Source: Octopus sinensis
Lineage: Eukaryota
Reading direction: 5' to 3'
Assembly: GCF_006345805.1 (NCBI RefSeq)
Contig: NC_043007.1
Coordinates: forward strand, 43,958,001-44,022,000
Length of the DNA stretch: 64,000 nucleotides
Both the position numbers and the translations under genes were made by a program. Positions 53,400-64,000 of the stretch are shown here, piece after piece; position 1 is the first letter of the stretch; each line of letters begins with the position of its first letter. Under the pieces are notes generated by a model, which made no database searches, was not told the origin of the DNA, and saw nothing but the letters and a program-made list of their open reading frames with translations.

Positions 53400-54135
53400 T
53401 AATTCTGCCAAGGTCAACTTTGCCTTTCATCTTTTTGGGGTTGATAAAATAAGTACCAGTTGGGCACTGGGGTCAATGCAATCAACTAGTTTCCTATCCC
53501 AAATTTTCAGCCCTTGAGCCTATAGTAGAGTATTATTATTATTATTATTATTATTATACAAATTCCACTAAGTTCAACTTTGCCTTTCATTCTTTTGAAG
53601 TAGATAAAATAAAGGCCAGTTGAACACTGGCAGTGATGTAATCAACTTAGCCCTCACTCCGAAAATGCTGGCCTTGTGTCAAAATTTGAAACCATTATTA
53701 AAAAGGCAGTGAGCTGACAGAAACATTAGCATGCTGGTCAAAAGGTTTAGCAGCATTTTGTCTGTCTTTACATTCTGAGTTCAACTTCCACCAAGGTTGA
53801 CTTTGCTTTTCAATAAAATAAGTACAAGTTGAAGACTGGTGTCGATGTAATCGACTCATCCCCTTCCCCCAAGACTGCTGCCCTTGCATCAAAATTTGAA
53901 ACCATTATTATTATTATTATTGAGGACAGTAAGCTGGAAGTTGCATTAAGGTATTAGAAGAAAAAAAGCTGTGCAGTATTTGTTCTGACACTTTACATTC
54001 TGAGTTCAAATCCCACTGAGTCAGCATTTCCTTTCATTCTTCAAGAGTTGATAAATTAAGTACCATTCAAGTAATGTGACTGATGTAATTGACTAGCCCC
54101 TCTCCCAAATTTCAGTTCTTGTGATTATATTAGAA
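53400..54135 (+). mobile_element. SINE family 1 cluster (4 CpG-decayed copies)
   Basis: AATTCTGCCAAGGTCAACTTTGCCTTTCA, TTCCACTAAGTTCAACTTTG and TTCCACCAAGGTTGACTTTGC variants. Confidence 0.8.
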
Positions 54136-55476
54136 TTGGATAAATAGAATAATAATAATGATATGACTATATATAATTAGTCAACCTATTACAGTAATAG
54201 TAATGAGAATACATTTTAAACAATTTGGACAAATGTTCTATACATTTCCAACCTTGGGGGTTTTTTTCCTCTTTGGTCTGTCCCGATGTGACAATCTTCT
54301 TCAGTGGTTTCAACTAACCAGCAGGCTATTTCTGCAACAAGTCTCACAGCCTCATCATTGTTGCTCTTCAGATATTGGACTATGTTTATATTATATTAGA
54401 AACAATTATTATTGTTTATAACTTACTCAGAAAAAAAAAATATGTTACTATTTCATAGTTTGGAGCTGTCCACTACAAGGGCAGACAAAAGTTTAGTTTT
54501 GTACAAAGTTTATGTTTTCCACAAAATCACTAACAGAGATGTGGTCATGAATATTTCACATCTTGCTCCCAAAGCCAAAACTGAAAATGTACAAAATTAT
54601 ATATTTCATACACAGAAAATAATCAAAGAAACACAACACAATTTTAATTGTGATACAAATATTAACAGTGGCGATGGTGGATCTCTCTCATTTGACAATG
54701 AACAGCTCAATGGCTGGACATATTTCTACAGCAGATTGTAAACAAATTACTTGTTTGAATGAATAGTAACCATGTTTTCAATCAACAAGAAGACACAAAC
54801 ACGTGTGTGAGAGAGAGAGAGGCTTCTTGCAATTTCCACCTACCAATTCACTCACAAGGCATTGATCAGCTCATAGCTCTAGTAGAAGGCATCAGCTAAC
54901 AGCATCATACAGTAGGAACAAACTCTAAACCAGGTGATTTTAAAACAAACTCACAGCCATACCCGTATGTCGCACCACTTTCAAGAGGTTTGATGATATT
55001 AATCCTGGTACTTTGTTTTATATTTATTTTATACCTTTTATAAGGAACAAAATAATAAAGTTAACCTTGGGTTAAAGGGGCATAACTCAAAGTAAATGCC
55101 AGAACGAAATTTAGTTCAATACAGCAATTTTTTTTTAGCCATCTCATCTGAGATATACATATATTATAGACCTTTCTGCAGTTTCCGTCTACCAAATTTT
55201 ACTCACATGACTTTGGTCAGCACAAGGCCATAGATAATAGAAGACACTTGTCCAAGGTGCCACAGACCAAATTCAGAACTAAATGGTTAGAAAGAATTTC
55301 TTAATATCACAGCCATGAAAAAAAAAAAACATAAAATGACACATGTTAACATTTTACAGAAGCAGAAATTTAAATAAATTTCAAGAAGTGTGAATTAAAA
55401 ACATTTAATACCAACTTCATAATTGATTTTTTTTTTCTCCACAATGTATACAGGCCATTCTTGTTTATTTTCATAG

Positions 55477-55526
55477 AGGACACTTCAAGTCAACAAACTC
55501 AGTTCAAGAACATTCTTTGTACTTTG
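55477..55526 (+). other. Candidate 50-nt internal exon (unverified)
   Basis: Acceptor ATTCTTGTTTATTTTCATAG| and donor TTG|GTGAGC. All three frames are open. No homology recognised. Confidence 0.2.
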
Positions 55527-57641
55527 GTGAGCCACAGAAAAATAAAAGTCAGTTGACCTCTTGGTAGGATGATAATGCAACACAGTGAATTACTAAACAT
55601 TACTGTTACTTGTATGTAACTGAGTCCCAAAAAATTTTGTGAAAATTAGGTTTTTTTAATCGTTAGGATTTCTTTTTTGCAAAGTATCTTTCTCGCCGTA
55701 AAATGGAGATGGTGGGTGAAAAAAAGTAAAAAGCAAGGAAAAGTTCTCACCATAAAATTGTCATCTGACACAAATAGTAGAAAGAAACAAACCAGTGTTG
55801 GTCTATTTCTTTATTGACTGTTTTACAAAATTGTTCTTTTTTTTGGCTGATCACTTGGCAAGATGTGAATTCAACATAGTGAATGACCAAACTTGTAATA
55901 ATAAAGCATCCATTGTGACTTTTTACTCTCTCTTAAGTCACCTTCATATCCTATAGCTTTTCAAAGTATAGATTTCTCTTCTTTGCACCAGGCCTCTAAT
56001 TGCAAAGGAAGAGGTATAATACAGTTGATTAAATCAATTTCTTTACATAACTGGGACTTATTTGATTAACCCTAAAGGGACAAAAGGCAAAAGTTGGCAA
56101 TAGAATGATTTGAACTACAACATAAAAATATATTTCATTTAATACTACAAGGCAATGCTCTAATGCTTCAGCTATTTCTTTGTGCTTTGCAAAATATCAC
56201 AAATGATCTTTTCAAGAAACAAAACAGCAGACATCTTTATAAATATTTTGTAATGTGTGATTGGAGATATGAAATAGAACTTATAGTATAAGAAAAAGCT
56301 AAGTTTAGCTGAAGGCAAAAAATACAGTAGAAAATGCAAGGTAGAAGAATCGCATACACATTCTTCAGATCATATTAAGTAATATTTATAGAAATAACCA
56401 TTGTCAGAGGAGGTAACCACTGACTTCTACACTGAGAACTAAGATTTTACTCATTTGTCAAGCAGACACATTAAGAAATTCTGTTCATAAAATGAGTCAC
56501 ATTGCAAGACAGCAGTTGATCAATTTGTAAATTCAAACCTAAAATTACCCCAACCTCTGCCACTTTTGAATCATCAATAGATGATCTTTTATCATTTATC
56601 CTATTTGTTTTAGTCATTAGACTGTGGGCAGGCTTGTGTGTTTAGTCAAACAAATCAACTCCAGTACGTTTTTCTAAGCCTAGTGTTTATTCCATTAGTC
56701 TTTTTATTGAACCACTAAGTTATGGGAATGTAAACAAACCAGCACCAGTTGTCAAGCAGTGGTTGGGGGACAAGCACAAAGACACACACAACACATGACA
56801 GGCTTCTTTCAATTTCCATCTACCAAATCCCAGAGTTATAGAAAACACTTGCCCAAAGTTCCACACAAGAATTTTCTCACAATTTGATATTGGAGCAGTC
56901 AAGCTTTAAGCCTTAATAATGTATGATATTTGTAGTCACAGTTTGTTAATATGTAACCTGCCTAGGTTGACTTAGTCCTTCACACTGAAGCCACTTCAAA
57001 TGATAAAAATGAAAATCTAATTAACTAAAAATAAAGGTAACACTCAGGTATGGGCTATTGATTGGATAGCTTCAAATGAAAAAGAGTGTTGAAACAATCT
57101 GGGAATAAATATCTTATCCAGGAAGAGATGTGTCTTCCCCAATAGGTTGAAACTTCAGAAAGTAGATTAAGCTTTATTTACCATTACCAGCAAGCTGAGC
57201 AATGGGCCAACTGCAGAGGCTCTACTCAGTCATTTAACCTGTTCTCTCTTAAAATATATGCAACTGTATTAAAAAATAAAAAGAGCATGCGGGATTTTAT
57301 AGTTTCTGATACACTGTCTGAATAATAGATGGGATAGTCATGCCTATGATCATAAGTATGCTCTAACAGAGACAACCAGGGATTAAACAATAACAACAAG
57401 GGCTCAAAAATTCAATGGGCGGAATAAAATATTCGACAGCTACTATTCCTAGTTCATAATTTACCAACAATTTAACTTTGAAAGCTGAACATATTCCAGG
57501 GAGGTAACCATTAAAACCAAAGCTGGAGAAAAACCTACATAGGAGGCACATCCCTGACATGTGTCAGCTTTTTGAGAATAAAACTTTAAGAACTCTCAGT
57601 GACTCAAACTTTAAATGTCCTCTCTTTTTTTCAGTCCCAAC

Positions 57642-58260
57642 ATGGAAGCTTTGAATCTAACAGGTGATGAAAAGACATCCAGTTCTCATCACCAAAGCTA
57701 TCAACCATAGAGATTCTGAGATAGCAACCTTCTTAAATGTTGCCATGTCTTTTTGTGTTTAGTACGAGAAAAGAACTCTTGGTCAGTGGTGGGAATATAT
57801 CTTCTGTGGCCAAAAGAAAAACATTCTCAAAGGTTAGACATTGTCAAAAAAGTATTATTTGTCCAGGAAATCCAGAGCATCATCAACAAGAATCTCAGCA
57901 AGTCTTTGAGGGTTATTGCCAATCATCTCCATGTAGTGGTAGTCAATGTTTAGACATGTGATGCATTAAGATATCAGGTACATATCCTATTATGAGAAGC
58001 GGGTAGTTCATGTCTGATAAGGCGCAGGAGAATCATGTGACCCAATCAAAGCAATTAATGAACAAACTCAAGTACCTCAAGGAGCTCGACATGCTTTGGT
58101 TCTGCTCAAATGAGAACTTTGTTCAAGATCAAAAAGTGAACAACAGGAATGACAGATGATTCTGAGCCAGCCCCACTGAAGTTATGCACACCATTGTTAT
58201 GCACACCAGTTCTCATTGTCTGTTATGGTGTTGCAGGTCATGACAGTGAGGACCATGTCA
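57642..58260 (+). mobile_element. Degenerate maT/DD37D-like Tc1/mariner transposase remnant
   Basis: The frameshifted translation includes HRDSEIATFLNVA..RKELLVSGGNISSVAKRK..EIQSIINKN.SKSLRVIANHLHV..DMLWFCSNENFVQDQKVNNRNDR..ASPTEV..VMHT..SVMVL, resembling the WFFSDEKxF / NxxNDRW / KFPxxVMVxG motifs. TIRs were not identified. Confidence 0.7.
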
Positions 58261-58525
58261 TAACTCATAACTTTTTCTTGCAAGATCCAAGGGTGAGGTT
58301 AGAAATAGTTGTAAAACACTGAATCAAGAAAGTTGCTTTATCAATGCAATTAGTCATTTCAGAAGCCATATCAAGGCTGTAATCAATTCTGATTTTATTG
58401 AATAACCTTTTGCTATGTATATGTAAGAGTAGGTATACCAAATTCTATAAAAATACATTGGTTTTTCTTTATAAGTATTTTTGTCTTCTTTAGATTAAAA
58501 TTTTGTTCTTAAATAGCTTATGCAC

Positions 58526-58583
<58 letters not shown>

Positions 58584-58936
58584 TGTTTATGAATTGAGTG
58601 TTGTATGTGTGTGTGAGGAAGTATGAATAAGTAATGTGTTGAGTGTATGAGCATGTGTGTGTATATATAGTTTATTTTTTGTTTTTTGCTTGTTGTTTTT
58701 TGGTTTTTGTACATTTTTAAATATGAGAACTTTTATAATAGGTTTTTATATTCAATTGTTTATAGGGTTTATTTTAGATTATTTTAGATTATATATTGAT
58801 TATATATAGATTATATATAGATTATATATAGATTATATTTTTATTTTTATATTCTTTCATTGATAATTTTATTATTTTATTATTTTAAATTATTTTAAAT
58901 TATATTTTAAAATATTGATATTTTTAGATCGAAAAT

Positions 58937-58980
58937 CCACCTGAAGATTGTCGGTAGCAGACATGAAACAATTGTAGTGG
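58937..58980 (+). ncRNA. Minimal type I hammerhead-ribozyme-like motif
   Basis: CCAC-CTGAAGA-T-TGTC(GGTAGCA)GACA-T-GAAAC-AATT-GTA-GTGG: helix I CCAC/GTGG, helix II 4 bp, palindromic AATT loop III, GUA triplet. Confidence 0.6.
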
Positions 58981-60329
58981 CGGTTTATTTAATTTATATT
59001 AAAATTTTATGTATTGATTAAGTCTTTCCTTGTTTGGTTTTTAAAATAGTGGTTTTGTCTCGAATTATATTATATAATATTTTACTATAAAATTGGATTT
59101 AACCCTAAATCTGATTTTTCCCTGTAATTTTGGATTCATTCCCTAATATTTATTATTATATATATATATATATATATATACATACATGGGGAGGGGATTC
59201 ATGTGTGTGCATGTGTGTGTGTTATGGTTACCACTCACAATCAAGAATAACTTAGTAACATGTGATGTGCTTCCACTAATGGCTTTATGTGTTCATTTGG
59301 TGGGAAGCAGACAGATGCCCCCTTGGCCTTCCAACATTTGAATGCAGTGAAACATTCAAGAAGTGAAAGGCAGAAGGGAAAGAGGGAAACACCAGCGTTA
59401 GACTGGTGCTTTATTTCTTGACTCTGGAATAGATGAAAGGCAAAGTTAACTGTAATAGTATTCGAACTCACAGTGCAGAGCTGGAATTACTGAAATACTG
59501 GTTTCATATTTGGCACAAAGCCAGCCAGTTCAGGAGAGGGGATAAGTCAATTACATTGCCCCCCACCTCCATGACCTCAGCAGAATTTGAACTCAGAATG
59601 TAAAGACAGACAAAATGCTGCGAAGCATTTTTCCCAGTGTACTAATTATGCTGCCAGCTCACTGCCTCAACAATTACTGAAATATTAACTTTCATGTATA
59701 GCTTTGTATATTTACCCTCTTCATACCTACCCAAATGAAATCACCTCTAGTTCTATGGTACAAATTATCCCATCTTGAAGCATTCATATATAAATTAAAA
59801 CTTTCCCTTAGCATTTTAATTAAGAACACTTTGTTCCAATATGTTCCAGAAACAGACTTAATAATGGAAAAGTCAGTTATTTTTACTAAATCCATACAAA
59901 ATTCATGATTACTTTCAAACTTAAATGAAACATACATGCAATGTATTAGAAATACTGGTCACAAAAGGGTTAAGACAAAGTGAAAAGAAAAAAGAGTAAA
60001 TTTGGATGATTGTTTCTTTTTTAACATAAGGATTTTTTTAGAAGATTTACATCAAAAAATAGAAATCATTTTAATTACTAAATTATACTGGAATGTCAAA
60101 AATTTGTATGAACTATCTACTTGAATTTAAAAAAGAAAAATGATGTGTGTGTATATGTTTGTAAAACTGTATGCATGTGCTTTTCCAAATTAAAACCATA
60201 AATATTAAATATAAAAAGTAAATAATTTCTAAATTCAATATTAAAAAAATTGATCATTTAATTCAAGTAAATCAGTATTTTGATATTATGCAGATACAAT
60301 TTCCCATTTCAACCTCAATTTATAATTTA

Positions 60330-61200
60330 TATATATATATTTGTATTTCAATTTTAACTGCATGTAATATGCGTTCAGCTTCAAAGTGCATTAAATATAG
60401 TGTCATGAAGGCTGAATAATTTCTGCTTTCATTCATGGTTTTAACAGCCACTATAAAGAAGTATGCAAATGTGTTTATTTCTGGTGATTGAGCTAACTTG
60501 TAGAAATACATTTCATGTGAGTGAATAACTTAGCAATAATGAATATAAATTTATACTGATCTGATAACCCTTGTGAAGTCAAAATTATGACAGAACACAA
60601 TGTATTTTTACAACATGGCCATTCTTGCTTCAGCAAAACAAATGTTTGCTGAACCTCCTCATAACTTCTATAAGAATATAGCGAGTGTGTGTGCATGCAT
60701 AGAAAAATACAACTACATATAAAAATACAAATCTCTATACCTAATAAATAGTATATACATTTTATATATATATTTGTATTTCAATTTTAACTGCATGTAA
60801 TATGCGTTCAGCTTCAAAGTGCATTAAATATAGTGTCATGAAGGCTGAATAATTTCTGCTTTCATTCATGGTTTTAACAGCCACTATAAAGAAGTATGCA
60901 AATGTGTTTATTTCTGGTGATTGAGCTAACTTGTAGAAATACATTTCATGTGAGTGAATAACTTAGCAATAATGAATATAAATTTATACTGATCTGATAA
61001 CCCTTGTGAAGTCAAAATTATGACAGAACACAATGTATTTTTACAACATGGCCATTCTTGCTTCAGCAAAACAAATGTTTGCTGAACCTCCTCATAACTT
61101 CTATAAGAATATAGCGAGTGTGTGTGCATGCATAGAAAAATACAACTACATATAAAAATACAAATCTCTATACCTAATAAATAGTATATACATTTTATAT
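60330..61200. repeat. Perfect tandem duplication, period 433 bp
   Basis: TTGTATTTCAATTTTAACTG starts at 60341 and 60774. The ORF track gives identical translations. Units are bounded by (AT)n. Confidence 0.95.
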
Positions 61201-62861
61201 ATATATATATATATATATTGTATATACAATAATGTTTGTTTGTTTACATGTATATATAGCTACAATCCACTTATTTTTCCCTCCCTCCCTCCCTCTCATA
61301 CATATTTTTCTATACAGTAAAGTTTACTGAGAGTGCACAATAAGAATGGAGGAACTAGAGCTGAAATTCAATCAACATTAAAATATATTATGCTTACTTC
61401 ATCCTGGGACTTTCTGTGATTTGAATTATTACTTATCCAAAGCTGTGGAGTACTCTCATTAAGAATATGACTCTCTAAAAATTAAAGTTCCAAATCTGAA
61501 TATGATAGTTCATTGAGAGCTTTCAGCAGATGTGTTTGAAGGAATAGACCTCTAGCTGTCTGATTGATGATGTATATATCATGCATAATGTTCAACATAT
61601 GGGTATTTTGCAGAACTATGGGCCTACATTTTAGGGCAATCTGCACATATTATATCTTTGTGTATATGACTCAATCCAACTTGTTTACAGCTGAATATTA
61701 TATATCTACCTGTCTATCAACACCCTTCAATTTTTCACACTCTCACATTATTCTTCCTCCTACTGTCTCTTTTATCACTCTCTTCCTAACTACCCTCTCA
61801 GTCCCAGCACTGTTTTTCTCATCATGAGAATACTTATGCTTTTTCTTTATTCAACCTTTTTCTCCTCTATCATCACTGTCTGTTCTACCCACCCTCTTGG
61901 CCATGCATGCCTTGCATTAACTAAAGCATATAAAATAGACAGGATCTTGCAGTTTTGCAAAGAACAAACCAACCTCTCTAGTACTCATACCACAATGGTT
62001 GATGAACAGAAACATCAAAAACAAAGGACATGACTACCTCCCTAATCCTAGTGACATGACAAAATGCACCTAGTGCACTTTGTAAAGCAGTTGGATTTAA
62101 GAAGGGATTCGATCATAAAAATCATGCCAAAACTGGAATGGATAGGGGAGATGAGGCACTCTAATCCATCTAGAAAGATAATGATTCCAAAGAAGAACTG
62201 ACTAGATGTGATGACTAGTCCAAACCATGCCAGCAGACATGGAAAGCAGGCATTAAAAGATGAAGATGATAATTATGTCAAGGTACTAAATCCAATGCAT
62301 GCAACATTGTAATCAAAGCCATACAATTGAGATAAAGAAACATAGCATGTATATACCCTCATTCTAAGCAGTCCCTTTTAATAGTGAAAGATTTATATTA
62401 AAATTCAATTTGTTATTTGCATTTGTGTGTATATGTGTGTGTGAGTATTTAAATATATAGATGGCTAGTCCACATTACTCTGTAAGGAGCATAGGGCCAG
62501 TTTCCTGGTTTCTCTAGCATACACATTCCTCCTTGGATCGGATGCTGGTCTGTCAAAGATTACTCATTTTCACTAGCTAAGTGGATTGGAGCAATGTGAA
62601 AAGATACGTTTTTCTCAAGAGCACAATGCATCACCTATTCCAGGAATTGAAAGCAAAATTTTATGAGATCAACACCCTAACCACTAAGCTATGCACCTCT
62701 ACAGATATACATATGTATATATGTGTATGTATATACATTTGTGTGTGTCATCATCATTTAACGTCTGTTGTCCATGCTGGCATGGGTTGGACGGTTTGAC
62801 CAGGTCTAGCAAACTGGAAGGCTGCACCAGACTTCAGTGTGATTCAGTATGGTTTCTACAG

Positions 62862-62904
<43 letters not shown>

Positions 62905-63575
62905 CACACACATATAAGGTGTATATTTGAAGTTGTTAGATGTGGGCTTTTGTTAAGTTACTTTATTAATGAGTACTATCTACTCTGAGTATATAAATAC
63001 AACACACAGTAGGTACTTGATGTATATGTATATACATACATACACTCCTCATATAGAGTGTGTGTGTATGTATGTATGTATGTATGTATATAACCCCCAA
63101 AGACTCCAAAATAGTGTGTCTATGAGAAAAACTGATTTGATTTTCAAAATCTGCATCTCAGTGGAAGAGTATTGTTATGATTAATCAAAAAATATAATTT
63201 GTTACAAGAAATAATTCAACTTTTACATCAACAAATCTCCCACTCTCTAATCTGTTTCCACGAGGCTCTCTCTTTTATGCCTTCCCCTCTCTAAATATAT
63301 TTACCACTCTATCACTTTCTGTATATGTATATCTCTCACACATGCTGTCCCTCGCTCTCTCTCTCTCTCTCTTCATATGATATGTAATTGCTTTCATTTT
63401 GTTTATATCTTCATCTCTCTAACTCTCTGTGTATGTATATCTCTCACACTGTGAGTATGTGTGTGTGAGTATGCATGTGTGTAGGAAATTTCATTAGGGT
63501 GTCTCTCTCTCTTCATGACATGTAACTGCTTTCATTTTGTTTAAAACATTATTTTGTAATGTTTATTTTCAATTT

Positions 63576-63725
63576 GGCATGGCTGTGTGGTTAGGGAGCT
63601 TGCTTCCTAGCTACATGGTTTCGGGTTCAGTCCCACTGCGTGGCACTTTGGGTAGGTGTCTTCCACTATAGCCTCGAGCCGACCGGAGCTTTGTGATTGA
63701 ATTTGGTAGGTGGAAGTTACTGCCG
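63576..63725 (+). mobile_element. SINE family 2 5' portion
   Basis: GGCATGGCTGTGTGGTTAGG..GGTTTCGGGTTCAGTCCCACTGCGTGGCACTTTGGG..CTATAGCCTCG. Decayed relatives lie at about 6313-6640(+), 34335-34635(-), 54820-54965(-), 55165-55320(-) and 56625-56870(-). Confidence 0.8.
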
Positions 63726-64000
63726 TGTGTGTATATGTGCGTATAGCTGCTCAGTGCCTCTCCGAAAGAGAGAGAGAGGGGATAGACAACTATTGCTTAC
63801 AAAATGCTACCTTCCAAATCCTGTTTTCTGACAAGATAAAATTTATCAAACTTTAAACCTCTATAACATTTTTGTTAAATTTTTCTGGAATAAATGAATC
63901 ACAAAATCAAATTCACATGAAACAGTACATCAATATACCAAATTTGAAATTTTCACTTAATTTTAAAACTTCAAAATCTGTGACAGCAACAGAAAAGATT

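Overview
AT-rich, repeat-saturated eukaryotic genomic DNA with no confidently identifiable cellular gene. The SINE families, (ATT)n/(AT)n/(ACAT)n microsatellite load and retroelement mix match what I recognise from Octopus (coleoid cephalopod) genomes; this is an inference, not a database result. Contents: one full-length but inactivated mariner; a fold-back mariner derivative, a Tc1/mariner MITE and a maT-like remnant; two Chapaev-type remnants (one with both termini and a TAA TSD); non-autonomous Helitrons; fragments of R4/Dong-like, Tx1/L1-like, RTE-like and CR1-group LINEs; Penelope-like RT and GIY-YIG fragments; about 30 tRNA-derived SINE copies; and two tandem duplications. The most interesting observations are: (1) two adjacent copies of a gag/ORF1-only element at 7.4-9.8 kb that differ by strand-specific A/G substitutions with an ADAR-like context; (2) several minimal hammerhead-ribozyme-like motifs with palindromic helix-III loops; (3) a LINE insertion with twin-priming geometry; (4) a sharply CpG-depleted block at about 52-63.5 kb that suggests a methylated gene body. 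All alignments and counts were done by eye. SINE boundaries are approximate.
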